64,000 nt of DNA from Octopus sinensis. Lineage: Eukaryota. This document shows positions 13,831 through 26,352 of the stretch, in pieces (the first letter of the stretch is position 1; each line of letters starts with the position of its first letter). The notes under the pieces were generated by a model, which worked only from the letters and a program-made list of their open reading frames with translations, was not told the origin of the DNA and did not search any database. The stretch covers positions 56,854,001 through 56,918,000 of the forward strand of contig NC_043012.1 of NCBI RefSeq assembly GCF_006345805.1, in the 5' to 3' direction. A program made the position numbers and the translations under genes.

Positions 13831-14199
13831 ATGTTTATATATATATATATATACACACACACACAATCTTACAAGGGCTAGGTTGCTATTTAGTTAGCTA
13901 ATTTAGGAGTTATAGGTTTACTTGCTGAATCTATTTACCGATACTGTTTTTTGTACATTGAGTATATGTGTTACTTTGTTGTGGTTTAATTAATAATGTT
14001 AGTGTTTAATCCTTAGATTGAATGAATGTGGTGATATCTAAGGTATATTTGTTCTAATACAAAACTTATTTTAGTGCTGCTGACACCGCCCATGTGTCAA
14101 AACCGTAGCAATATCTGTGGGGCAGCTGATGAAGGAGGTATGTTGGTATGGCTGTTAGTGTATGTGCAGAATAGTTTTATATCACATCCATTTGATATA

Positions 14200-14490
14200 T
14201 TTAATATGAAATAGTGTACATTTAAGCACAAGAGAAAACTACCCTTTAACAGGTAATTTTTACATGCTAGAGCATAGACTCCAAATGTCAATGACTTTTC
14301 CATTCTTCTTGAGTGTTGAAATAATACTCCTGGCTGCTTCTTCTAGCGTGTAAAAATTGCCTGTTAAAGGGTAGCTTTTTCTTGTGTTTAAATGTACACT
14401 ATTTTATATTAAAAATATATTGTCTGTTGACTATTTATACATGCTAGGCCGCTGGTGGTGATTTTTCTAAAGAATATTCACTACCCTATA
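14200..14490. repeat. Fold-back family F copy 2: 72-bp arms (14200-14271 / 14342-14413) plus tail
   Basis: 6 transitions in 72; shares GTGTACATTTAA.CACA, GCTAGA and the ...GTCTGTTGACTA tail with the other copies. Confidence 0.85.
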
Positions 14491-14519
14491 TATGTATATA
14501 TATATCTATATATATATAC

Positions 14520-14730
14520 CGGAGTAAACACATAAATGTGAAACAAGGTGGAAAAAAGAGTACTCAAATACCAGGGGTTGAGTAATATGCTTTATTTAAA
14601 AGCAGCAGAAATTCAACAAAACCTGTTACTCGGAGTTTCACGTACCCCAAAACTGTCCGACGAATGGGAACGTGAAACTCTGAGTAACAGGTTTTGTTGA
14701 ATTTCTGCTGCTTTTAAATAAAGTATATGT
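14520..14730. mobile_element. H1 module with inverted duplication (59-bp arms 14585-14643 / 14670-14728)
   Basis: Left part is the reverse complement of the H1 sequence at 62000-62087; arms differ at 2 positions (both G.U); (TA)n-rich flanks. Confidence 0.75.
14648..14696 (+). ncRNA. Minimal type-I hammerhead ribozyme motif, family H1
   Basis: Stem I CAAAA-CUGU / ACAG-(G)-UUUUG; core CCGACGA (U4C); stem II AUG-GGAA-CGU; GAAA; palindromic stem III A-CUC-U-GAG-U; GUA cleavage after 14686. Confidence 0.6.
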
Positions 14731-14843
14731 ATATATATATATGGTCTAGAGTAATTGTATGTAATTTTTGTTGAATATTTGAGTCTTTTCTGTTTCCTCT
14801 TCATTAAAACAAACCTGTTTGGTAATTTTATCTCCTTTTATAG

Positions 14844-14918
14844 TGTGACAAACTCACTGAAGATGAATCTAAATAGACTACTTGGAGACTCAGTAATAGA
14901 AAACACAAGAAAATATAG
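14844..14918 (+). other. Candidate 75-nt 5' UTR exon of the SFMBT-like gene
   Basis: tctccttttaTAG acceptor and TAG|GTAAGC donor around unique, non-repeat sequence; contains an ATG (14863) with A at -3. Confidence 0.55.
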
Positions 14919-16334
14919 GTAAGCTTGCTTTTATTTTTATTCTACACATTTGCACTGTTGAGAAAACTTTATAGCCTTAGCTCCAGTAAATCGAAGGTCT
15001 GATCTAGTGAATCTATTGTCAAAATTCATTTTGCCCATGACTATTGCATTGTTTTTAACCAATGTGTCCCTTTACTTTTGAGGTGGTAATGCGTGATTTA
15101 AAGGGTATTTCTAGTAAGTTGGTTTACCAAATAGTCTCACAGGTAATTTCATTTCATTGTGTAGGACATTGTGATACAAATTTACAATTTATAATATGAA
15201 CTGAGAGAGTCTTTACTTCATAGATCACTCTGTTAGAAATAACAGCTAAATCTCTCTGAAATCACATTTCTATTTTTTTTTTTATGAGGAGAAACTATTA
15301 GATAATGTAGTTCTGCATACTTTTTTTAGAAGGCTGATTTATCAGCGAGAAATCGATAGAATAAGTACCAGGCTTAAACTGGGATTGATTCATTCCACTA
15401 AAATTCTTGAAGGCGGTGCCCCAGCATGGCCACAGTCTAATGACAGAAGCAATTAAAAGATAGATTAGATTTGATGTTGGGGTGGGTAAACACCAACAAT
15501 ATAACATTTAATATGTAGAATCTTTCATTGAATACCTTTTAATGATTTTGGCCTTTTTTCCCTCAAGGTTTACACTTCGTATTGTAATCTTTTATCTCAC
15601 TTGTTCCATATTTTGGTAAATGTTTAAGGAAATTCCATCATTGTTTTCATTGTTCCACCAGCTTTTCTATACTTGCATGGGTTGGACTGGGCTTTTTGAG
15701 GCAGTGTTTCATAGCCAGATACTTTCCGTGATGCTAATCCTTTCAGTTACCTCTTAAAGGTATATGGTGTACCTATTATAAAAGCTAATATACTCATGGC
15801 ATCTGAGATGCAGTGTCTTGATATATTTTCTATTCAGTGTACTTGCTGGATTGGCCTGCTTGAGTGTATGCTTGGCTTTTTTGGGTAACAGATTCAATTT
15901 ATGATCAGAGGGTCGTGGGTTCAATCCTGCTGTGCAGCACTGTAGACAAGGGTCTTTTATATCTTGGCAGCAACTCTTACTGCACAGGAACTGAGTATAT
16001 TTGGTTCCATGCATGTGCACTTGAGACGCAGGGACCAAGTTAACTTGTTTTTGATTGTGGGGTACTTTCCAGAAGTTTCTACATTTCATATGATGTAGTT
16101 AAACACTGGCCAATAGAAAAGGATTTTGAGAACTGATTTGCATGTGATTAGTGTGTTACATCTCCAGCAAAAATTTAATGAGCACTGTGAAAGTTAAACA
16201 GAGTGTACTGCTTTCTGTGTACTCGGAGGGTGGGGGTCTCTAGACTGAGAACACCAAGATGGTCTTTCTTCCTCCACCAATCTTGTAGAGGCACTGCAAA
16301 AATGTTCGAAGATGTCCTTTTTCTGACTAAATAT

Positions 16335-16897
16335 AGGTGTGGCTGTGTAGTAAGAAGTTTGTTTCACAGCACATGGTTCTGTGTTCAGTTCCACTTTGTG
16401 GCACCTTGGGCAGATGTCTGCTATAGCCTCAGGCTGACTAAAGCCTAATGAGTGGATTAGGTTGACTGAAACTGAAAGAAGCTATCATAATACATATATA
16501 TATATATGTGTATTGATGAGTGTGTCTTTGTTTGCCTCCACACCACTGATTGACAACTGATGTTGGTGTGTTTACATCCCAGCAGCTTGACAGTTCAGCA
16601 AAAGAGACCATTAACAACCTGGCTGAATCTGGCTCTGAGTGCAAATGTCTTGTTTTCATAAGTTTTGAATTAAAAAAACCCCATCAAACCTTAGTCACAA
16701 TTTATGTTCCTAACACTAACTGAATGATAGCCAAGTTATTTTACTAAATTCTTTGTTATATTTAAAGTAATTGAAAGAAACACAGAGCATCTCAAAAGGG
16801 TTAAAATAAGTATTGGGGTTGAGCTGTTTGACTAGAATTCTTCGAGGCAATGCCCCAGCATGGCCACAGTTTAATGGTTGAAACAAGTAAAAGATAC
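16335..16897 (+). mobile_element. Family A SINE interrupted by a P1 MITE
   Basis: Head at 16335, tail resumes at 16805. Confidence 0.75.
16615..16800. mobile_element. piggyBac-type MITE P1 with eroded left end, nested in a family A SINE
   Basis: TTAA at 16611 and 16801; internal sequence matches P1. Confidence 0.7.
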
Positions 16898-17082
16898 TTA
16901 TAAGAACTACTCCTAATAGGTATTCTATGGAATGGTTTTGGTTAATGAATTGTCATCACTATCATAGCATTGCTTGCATGGGTTAGATGGATTTCATGGA
17001 GGCAGATTTTCTATATCCAGATACCAATTCTTGTTGTCAACTCTTACCTGTTTTCAAGCAATATATTTTCCCCATAAGAGCA

Positions 17083-17312
17083 GCGAGCTGGCAGAATCGT
17101 TAGCATACCGGGCGAAATGCTTAGCACTATATCGTCTGCCGTTATGTTCTGAGTTCATCTTCCGCCGAGTTCAACTTTGCCTTTCATCCTTTCAGTGGGG
17201 TCGATTAAATAAGTACCAGTTATGCACTGGGGTCGATGTAATCGACTTAATCCCTTTGTCTGTCCTTGTTTGTCCCCTCTATGTTTAGCCCCTTGTGGGC
17301 ACTAAAGAAATT
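17083..17312 (+). mobile_element. Family B tRNA-headed SINE (possibly octopus OK-type; name unverified)
   Basis: GAGCTGGCAGAATCGTTAGC head, B-box-like GAGTTCA.., GGGGTCGAT dyads, tail ...AAAGAAAT; further copies near 37790, 38745-39300, 46370, 52480-52900, 53168, 54000, 57450 and 60480-60910. Confidence 0.8.
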
Positions 17313-17921
17313 AATATATTTCCCCATGGCTAGACACATTTCTGCAAGCTGTTGGTAATAAATAGCATCACACGTCCAGATAAGGAGACACACACACACA
17401 AGCAAGCATATGAGAGTGTTTTAGTAGTTTTCGTTTACTGAATTCAGTCACAAGTCTTTGGTCAGCCAATGACTACAGTAGAAAATACTTGCCCAGAGTG
17501 CCACACGATGGGACTGAACCTGAAGCCATGTGGTTGGGAAGTACACAGAGGAGACTGCATTAGTACAGGTATCATCACCATCATCATTCAGTGTTTTAAA
17601 TCTTGGTTTTGTCCCTGTTTACGGAGGTGGCCGGATCTACCTCAATGCTATAGTAACTGAGGAAGGCAGGTGCAGCCCACCCCAACCTTTGGGCTGGCTG
17701 GTGCCCATTCTCCTTTGCTTTCATGAGGCTTTTTTGGAGCTGGATTTTCTACAGGGAGCATGCCCTTGCTTACTCCCAACCTCAGTTTTTGGACATGAGT
17801 GGTCTCAAGACCAAGGCCTCTACCACAATTTTTAAGAAATGTGGTGGAAAACTAGCTCAGGAAGGCAGGGACGCTACTCCCTGAGACCCCTTTTGGAGCC
17901 CCCTACCTAATGTATGATGTA

Positions 17922-18123
17922 CAGTAATCCTATGCCATATCGTGGTTCATTATTTAAGCCTACGTCGATTCCTCTGTGGTTATTTGCATTTATGATTAAA
18001 TAAACATGTACAAATTATAAAAATAATAAAAAATAAATACAGTACTGTTTCTACTTCGTGGATTTTCACCTATCGCGGGGGGGTTTTTGGAATGTAATGC
18101 CTGAGATAGTCGAGGGATTACTG
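17922..18123. mobile_element. Tc1/mariner (pogo/Tigger-type) MITE
   Basis: TA|CAGTAATCC ... GGATTACTG|TA termini. Confidence 0.65.
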
Positions 18124-18434
18124 TATATGGAAAATGATAGGTAAAGAAGTGCTAAGCTGTCCAGGTGGGAAGAACATAGCGAAGAGTAAAGTAGACATGA
18201 GAAATGTTAATAGATGATCTTAAAGTACCGAACCTCACAGAGGGATTGGCAAGGGATTGTGATAAATGATGAAGTGCTATGCTGGAGAAGACATTCCTAA
18301 TTCCATGCAAGTGTGGGGAAAATGGATTTAAAAAATGCTGATGGTTTCAACCATGTTTCTTAATGTACATAAGGAACTTTTGTTACTTACAGTGTTTCTG
18401 TTTTTTGTTCCACTCCTTATTTAATTACATGACT

Positions 18435-18577
18435 GCACTGTGTGGTTAAGAATCCTGCTTTACTAGCATGTGGTTTTAAGTTCAGTCCCATTGCACAGTG
18501 CCTTGGGCAAGTGTCTTCTACTATAACTTGGGGCCTTGTGAGTGAATTTGATAGATGGAAACTATGTGGAAGCCTGT

Positions 18578-18631
<54 letters not shown>

Positions 18632-19170
18632 GTCAACATCAAAATAAAAATCAAATGGAAATTGTAGTTAAGACACCCATGCCGGTGAAACGTAAAAAGC
18701 ACCGCCGAACGTGGCAGATACCAGTGCCGCCTGACTGGCGTCCATGTCAGTGACACGTAAAAGCACCATCCGATCATGGCTGTTTGCTAGCCAGCTCTGG
18801 CCCCTGTGCGGTGGCACGTAAAAAACACCCACTACACTCACGGAATGGTTGGCATTAGGAAAGGCATCCAGCTGTAGAAACACTGCTAAATCAGACCAGA
18901 GCCTGGTGCAGCCTCTATGGCTTACTAGACCCCGGTCAAACCATCCAACCCATGCTAGCATGGAAAACGGACGTTAATGATGATGTGTGTGTGTATGTGT
19001 CTTTGAGTTTATCTCTCCTCCACTGCTTAACAACTGATGTTGGTTTGTTTATGTCCCTATAACTTCGTGATTTGGCGAAAAAGACCAACAGAATAAGCAT
19101 CTGGCTTACAAAAAATAAGTACCTGGGGTCAATTTGTTTGACTAAACCTTTTGAGGTAGTGTCCCAGCAT
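18435..19170 (+). mobile_element. Family A SINE interrupted by a family C element (about 18680-18985)
   Basis: Head at 18435, tail from about 18990. Confidence 0.7.
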
Positions 19171-20076
19171 CTTTATGTTCATTTTTCACTTTATATGTTA
19201 TTATTCAGCCCTAGGTCATCCCTGATCCAGCAGACTTGTTATCCCAAACATTCCAACCATGCCTATCCCACCCCATCATATTTTCATATAGTGCTACTTT
19301 AGCACATATACCTTTTCTCTATCACTTTTTTTCCCTCTGTATTGTCAGTAGGGTGTGATTTGAAGGTCATTTGGTTGCTATTTCTAATAGTCCAGTTTGA
19401 CCACCTTGTTGGCTTGTCTTTTATATTATAAGAATTTGATCTAGTCTATTTCCATGCCATACTCTCTCTCTCTCAAACTGTACTTGTGTGTGGCATGTGA
19501 TTTTTTTTTATGAGATAATTGTTGGAAGTGAAACAACATTCTGCTGGCTATTGTAGCTAGCAAAAATACATACTGTTATAGTAATATATATTAATATTTA
19601 GGATTAGTAGGTGTCAAGGTCTTTTGTTGTACATTTTCATCCTAGTCGTAGTGTCAATGACCAGGTTTGTAAATCTACCTATTTATATTGTTACAAAAAA
19701 AATAGGTGAGTATGCTATGATATCTGCTGGTTAGGAATAACAGGGAAAGGAGACAGGTTCAGTTTTCTTCTATAGCCTCGGGCCGACCAAAGCCTTGTGA
19801 GTGAATTTGGTAGACGGAAACTAAAAGAAGCCCATCATACACACACACACACACGTGTCTGTGCTTGTTCCCCACCCTCACTTGACAACTGGTGTTGGTG
19901 TGTTTGTTTTATTTGCAGTTTGGCAAAAGAGACCAATAGAATAAGTACCAGGTTTGAGAAAATAAGTCCTAGGGTCGATTTGTTCAATTAAAATCCTTGA
20001 AGGCGGTGCCCTGGCATGGTTGCATTCAAATGACTGAAACAAGTAATGTATACACACACACACATATATATTTCAG

Positions 20077-20372
20077 TGAAGGTGCATGGCTTAGTGGTTA
20101 GGGTATTGCACCCAAGATTGTGAGATCATGGGTACAAAACCCAGACTGGGTGTTGCGTTGTATTCTTGAGCAAAGCACTTCATTTCATGTTGCTCTGTGA
20201 TCATTTCGACATCTGACATGTGGCACCCAGTTACACCTGTACAGGTAATGTCGATTTGATGGAGTAAGCAAGCTTATGTCTACACAAACATTTTGATCAC
20301 TGTAAACAATGTGTGGTTGTTCGGTAAGAAATTGTCGAACCCTCATACGTCGTCTAACGACGGGAGAGTCCA
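20077..20372 (+). mobile_element. tRNA-headed SINE with a D-like head and a different tail
   Basis: TGAAGGTGCATGGCTTAGTGG head; TTCTTGAGCAAAGCACTTCATTTCA block. Confidence 0.65.
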
Positions 20373-21270
20373 TTTTATATTTCAGTGGGGTAACAATTCA
20401 AAGATGTTACTTAGAATACAGAACTAAACTTTTAACCCATTATTGTTAGCCTAACAAAATACATTTTGTTGTACTAATGATTGAATTAAAATTGTGTGTA
20501 TACATACACATATATATCACCATCATTTAACGTCCATGTTCCATGCTAGCATTGGTTGAAGGACTGCATCATGCTCCACTGTTTACTTTGGCATAATTTC
20601 TATGACTGGATGGCTTTTCTAATGCTAACCATTTACAGTGTGTATTGGAGATAACAGCAATGGACTTTGTTTGAAAAGAAAAAAAAAAACATTTTAAAGT
20701 TCTATACTAGTCTGAGCCTATGTGCATATATAATGGCTGAAGATGAACAAAATTTTAAACCATTTTATATTGTATAATATGTTGAAAAGGTAGGGGTCAA
20801 CAGCCTGAAAATTATGTACAGGCCATGTGTTTTTAAAAAGTGCTCACTTTGCATCCACAGAAACCTAGGTTCAATCTCTCTGCATGGTACCTTTGAGTAG
20901 GTGTGATCTGTCATGCTCTTGAGTTGCTCAATACATTGTGGGTAGGAAACTGAAGAAATGTGTTATATTTCTGGTTGTGCTTGCATTATGCATGGGTCTA
21001 AATACTGGTGTTGTTTACTTTGTGTCCATTTATTTCTTGTAAATTAGTGTTTTTAACAAATTAATTGATAAAGGAAGAAGCAGACTGAAATACATACGAG
21101 GCTTGAGTTTGTCAACTGAGCCCTTGAAAACAGTGCCCCAGTATGGTGGCAGTCAAATGACTGAACCCAGTAAAAAAGGATATTGGTTCTAGTAAGTTTT
21201 GTCTGGAAAAATTTAGGCATGTGAAGTATGTCTTTTATTCAGTATTTATTTATAATTAATTACACTTTAA

Positions 21271-21490
21271 CCCTTTCGTTACCAACCCGTCTGAAACCGG
21301 CTCTGGCTCTGAGTACAAATGTCTTGTTTTCATATGTTTTGAATTAAAATCTTCCACCAAATCTTAGACACAATTTATGTTCCTAACACTAGCTGAATGA
21401 TAACCAAGTTAGTTTACTAAATTCTTTGTTATATTTTAAGTATTTGAAAGAAATACAGAGCATCTCAAAATAAATACAGTAACTAAAGGG
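21271..21490. mobile_element. piggyBac-type MITE family P1
   Basis: TTAA on both sides; TIR CCCTTTCGTTAC / GTAACTAAAGGG (11/12). Confidence 0.8.
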
Positions 21491-21508
21491 TTAAGTACTA
21501 AAAGAGTA

Positions 21509-21839
21509 AAGCACATGGTTCAGTGGTTAGAGCATAGGGCTCACAATCACAAGGTAGTGAGTTCGATTCCTGGACCGGGCTGTGTGATGTGTTCTTGAGC
21601 AAGACACTTTATTTCAGGTTGCTCCAGTTCACTTAGCTGTAGAAATGAGTTGCGATGTCACTGGTACCATGCCTTTGCCTCTCCCTTGGATAACATCGAT
21701 GACATGGAGAGTGGAGGCTGGTATGCATGGGTGACTGCTAGTCTTCCATAAACAACCATGCCCGAACTTTCCCTTAGAGGGGAACTTTCTAGGTGCAATC
21801 CCATGGCCATTCAGACTGAAGGTGGTCTTTACCCTTTTA
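21509..21839 (+). mobile_element. Family D tRNA-headed SINE
   Basis: A-box TGGTTCAGTGG, B-box GAGTTCGATTCC, central TTCTTGAGCAAGACACTTTATTTCA block; second copy at 12079-12416 (minus). Confidence 0.8.
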
Positions 21840-23137
21840 AGTGCTGTTTTGTTTACTAGGGCTGCATTTTTTGAAATACAAGCACAAATATCATCATTTA
21901 TCATTCACTTTTCCATTCTTACATGGGTCGATATGGAAATTTGCTTGGGCAGATTTTCTATGCCTGGATGCCCTTCCTCTTGCCAGTTTTCAACTGTTTC
22001 CAAGCAAGGTGATATTGCCCCATGATCAGGCACATTTTTCATAGAAGACTGGAAATGATCAACTTCGTTGTATATATAAATATATTAGAATGCATGTGGG
22101 TGAATTTTGAGTGTGTCTATGGCCTGCAAAGTTCTTCAAATCTTGTTTCGTTGTTCCTGTTACTGCAGAAACCATGAACAGCTACCACTGCATGTTTTCA
22201 CTGTTAGTCTCTCTTCTATCTCTCCTTTCCCCACTCCCTCCTCTCTCCTTGGAGCAGTACACACACGATTTTGATTTTTGATTTTTCCAGTTTCAGCTAA
22301 TGAACTGTGGCCATGCTGGGGCACCGCCATTATACATATGTATAATTTACTCTTTATTTAATTCTCTCTTTTTGTAAACATGTAGCTACACATAGTTTCT
22401 CTTTCTCTCTACCCAAAAAGACACTCTGGTCACGTCTGTATACTTGAAAGTTACATTGGTTAATGATCTCGTAGAGTAGTGGAAATGCTAGAGAGCTTAA
22501 CTAATTGTCATATATATCACCCCCTCATAGTTATCATATCAAACTCTGCTTGGCCTGATTTATATCTCCCATTCAATCCTGCGCCCAATAACTCTTATTG
22601 TCAAGTCTACTAGAGCTGATTTAATTTACTGTCTCTTCTTGCAGAATTGGTTATGTGGTTTGTCAAAGATAATGATTTTATTTTTTTTTATCAAATTATA
22701 TACCATGTATTCTATTTATCAAATTTATGTCATATTGTTTTTAAATCCTATGGTTTCGTTTTTTTTTTTTTCTTTTTATGAGTTTCTGAAAGAGCTCTGT
22801 GTGGTTGCTTGAACTACTTGAAATAACAGCCAAATTTTCTGCGTATTATATTTTCCTGTCTTTGAACAAGAAATGAACATATTGGTTAATCTGTACCTAT
22901 GGAGTACTGAAATGTTCCTGGCTTTAAGTGTATCATGAAATACTTGGCTGGAGGCCCAACCCTCTGAGTTCTTTTACACGAGTTTAGAAAAACTAAAGAA
23001 CTGCTGCAATAAGCTTGTGTATCTGAGAGGAGAATATGTTGAATAAGATCATAATTAACTGATTGTCCTGTATTTTTCTTTTACCCAACGCCAGGAACTT
23101 TTCAGTATCCCCTCATATACATATATATATATATATA

Positions 23138-23424
23138 TGTGGTTAGGGCAGCGGACTTGCAGTTGTAGGATCGCGGTTTCGATTCCCAGACCGGGCGTTG
23201 TGAATGTTTATTGAGCGAAAACACCTCTAAAGCTCCCCAAGGCTCTGGCAGGGGGTGGTGGCGATCCCTGCTGTACTCTTTCGCCACAACTTTCTCTCAC
23301 TCTTTCTTCTGTTGGCCTGCTCACTTAGCCAGCTGGGTGACATCACTTGAAAGCTAAAACAATGCGAAGCGCATTGTGACCAGCGATGTGTAGCAACATC
23401 TGATAGCCTGGTTGGTCACGGTGA
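23138..23424 (+). mobile_element. tRNA-headed SINE, family E
   Basis: GGTTAGGGCAGCGGAC...GGTTTCGATTCCC head; (TA)n on both sides; directly precedes the H2 module. Confidence 0.6.
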
Positions 23425-23444
23425 TATATATATATATATATATA

Positions 23445-23629
23445 GTCGCCATGATAGAGCGTTAGCCACTACACGTATTTTTTTCTCTCCTTGTTTTCTC
23501 TGTGTCCCTTTCTGTAGAAGAGCGTAGGCTTGAAACGTAAAAGACTTTTTCTATTCCTGAGCATTATACTAAAACATCTGTTTGTTTTCTACACCATCTG
23601 TCTTTTGTTTTTTTTTTTATAAACTCTCC

Positions 23630-23631
<2 letters not shown>
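23445..23631 (+). mobile_element. H2 module (putative Penelope-like pseudo-LTR fragment) between (TA)n tracts
   Basis: Homologous to about 62100-62290; HHR-like motif; (TA)n on both sides. Confidence 0.55.
23508..23543 (+). ncRNA. Minimal hammerhead-like motif, family H2
   Basis: CUUU / CUGUAGA-A / GAGC-GUAG-GCUU / GAAA-CG-UA / AAAG. Confidence 0.5.
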
Positions 23632-23673
<42 letters not shown>

Positions 23674-24952
23674 TATATATAGAACAATTTATAACAAACT
23701 GAAGGGTATTGAGTTTGATTAACATAGCTGCCTGTTGGCAATTTTTTCCTGTCTTATGAGGGTAAATACCCAGTTTCTCTGCAGTTTTTCACAGCTATAC
23801 TGCATTCCAAATGTTTTCTCTTGTAATATATGTAAACATACATACACTATTTGGTGTGGGGCAAATAAAATGGGATGGTCACAGCTAGAATGCCTTTGAT
23901 CTTAAGTTTGATTGATTAGAGCCAATCTGGGGGTATAAACCTGGTGTTTTAATATATGAGCTTATGATATGTGTCAGTGCTCAGGAGCACGACAACTCAT
24001 CAGAAAAAGTTAAAAGAAGGTACAATGAGCAAACATACATTAAGTAAAGAAAGACAGCAATGGAAGTTAGCAGTATACACACAAGACCCAGAATAAAGGG
24101 CCAAGATAAAGCAAAGTGAACATCAAAAGAGAGTAATATTGGTGAATTTCAGGAAGCATGGAACTTCTGAAGGATGCAGTTTTGTGATAGTCCAGAAAGC
24201 ACACAAGTTTGTTTATTCCATGCTTTGACAATTCTGAGCATGAAGCATATATTTCCATTTTATTCTGGTGGGGGGGGGGGAGCAAAAAACTTTTACATTT
24301 GACAGAAAGGTCCTCCAGCAATAGAAAATCTACTTCAACAAATTTCATGTGACCCTTGCAAGCATGGAAAATGGACTTTAAATGATGATGATGATGTCAG
24401 CTTTGAAAATGATGATAATGATGTTAGCATTGAAAACTTTTCATTAACTTAAAAGCTAATAGTTCCTCTATACCATCATTAATTTGTTTCCATTTTTTAA
24501 GGCAGAATCTGAGAATCTGTAGAATGGAACTCATTGCTGTGACTATCCTGCTTCACCTCACCTCTATAGCACAAAGTTTTGAGGAACTTGAATGAATATT
24601 ACTTTCAAAGTACTATTTGGCCTACATACATATTTGTGTTTGCATTAATTTTGAGGTTATTTTAACTCTTACCATATTTCTACTGAAATACATTTATTTC
24701 TTTTTTGAAAATGATGAAGGATTAACTTTATTAAATTTGCATTTAGAACATAACTTGAAATTTTGCTGGAAAGTTTTAATTTAGCTTCTTGTAATACAGG
24801 GAGCTGGTATCGGAACCAGAGGTGACCTCATGTGTGTAGGTATCAAAAAAGTTAAAGGAATTTTTAGGAGTAACAGAACATGGAACTTGAATTTTCATTA
24901 CTAAAAGTGGTGTCAATAATTATGTTCATATCAAGTCACAAGATTAAAACCT

Positions 24953-25099
24953 TCCTCCAAGACACCTGAAGAAGGCTGGAGGGTATATCAGCCGAAATGT
25001 TGTGTTAACAACAAAGAAGATGAGGACAAATATCCGTCGAATGTAAATAATGTGAATCATGTAAATAATGTACCTAATTCATCATCTCTTAAATAGAGA
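24953..25099 (+). mobile_element. 5'-truncated copy of the H3 element with a 15-bp target-site duplication
   Basis: ACAAGATTAAAACCT at 24938-24952 and 25100-25114; body matches 53045-53135. Confidence 0.75.
24961..25006 (+). ncRNA. Minimal type-I hammerhead motif, family H3
   Basis: Stem I GACAC/GUGUU; canonical CUGAAGA plus an extra A; stem II GGCUG-(10 nt)-CAGCC; GAAA-UG-UU (CpG decay of ACGU). Confidence 0.62.
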
Positions 25100-25364
25100 A
25101 CAAGATTAAAACCTGTTCATAACTATTATTAACAAGGTGGGTAAGGGACTGTTTTGAGGGGAACATGTATCTTCTTTCTGTTAGATAGCTTAACGGGTGT
25201 GACTAGGTTCCATTTCTGTAAACTGAAACATAATTTATTATAGTCAAGTCCCATATTACAGAATATCACTCACTACTCCTTGAGATATTGATTGCATTTT
25301 TGCATCTGTAAGCCTTGCTCACATGAACAAAATGCAGGACATATAATATATATATATATATCCG

Positions 25365-25591
25365 TGCTGGTGGCATGTAAAAAGCACCATCTGATCGTGG
25401 CCGTTGCCAGCCTCGTGTGGCACGTAAAAAGCACCCACTACACTCATGGAGTGGTTGGCGTTAGGAAGGACATCCAGCTGTAGAAACATTGCCAGATCAG
25501 ACTGGGCCTGGTGCAGCCTTCTGGCTTCCCAGACCCCAGTTGATCTGTCCAACCCATGCTAGCATGGAAAGCGGACGTTAAACAATGATGA

Positions 25592-25595
<4 letters not shown>
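25365..25595 (+). mobile_element. Family C retroposon
   Basis: Collinear match. Confidence 0.8.
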
Positions 25596-25633
<38 letters not shown>

Positions 25634-26119
25634 GTGCAATATGGTCTCATTGTTAAAAATTTCATTTTGCAATCATGAGGTCCTGAGAGTGCTCACCCTG
25701 CGTGGCATTTTCTATGGTCTTGGGTTGGCCTATACTTTGTAAGTGAGATTGGGTTGAATGAAACTGTTGAAGTCTGTTGAGGTATATTGTCTTGCTAACT
25801 CATAAGTCTAGTCATGTTACACTGTCATACAGATTCTACCTGAGATTTATATCAAGGTTACATGAGCATGGTAGTCTAGTTGATTGAACTATAGAAACAC
25901 ATGGGCAGAAATTTTGAGAGTGAGAGAGAGAGATGTCGTTGTTACTCTCCACTAACTTACACAAAATGTCTAAGCAATCACTGTATCTGCCTGCTTGAAT
26001 TATTTCTTACATATGAGGTTAGGACCTAGATAATATCATCTACTAATTTGCTAAGTTGACTGGGACCTGGCCTTGAATAATAGACCTGTGTTGTAAAAGC
26101 ATTCTTAATAATTAATAAT

Positions 26120-26255
26120 AGGCATAGGCATGACTTTGTGGTTCAGTCCCATTGTGTGGGACCTTGGGGAAGAGCCTTTTGTAGCCTCAGGCCAATCAAA
26201 GCCTTGCAAGTGGATTTAGTAGACAGAAACTGAAAGAAGTCTATTGTATATATAA

Positions 26256-26290
<35 letters not shown>

Positions 26291-26304
26291 GTATAATGTG
26301 TATG

Positions 26305-26352
<48 letters not shown>

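Noticed and set aside
14126-14180. CTGATGAAGGAG as a hammerhead core (similarly 2972, 56280, 58140, 63653)
   Set aside because: No closing stem II, GAAA or stem I partner.
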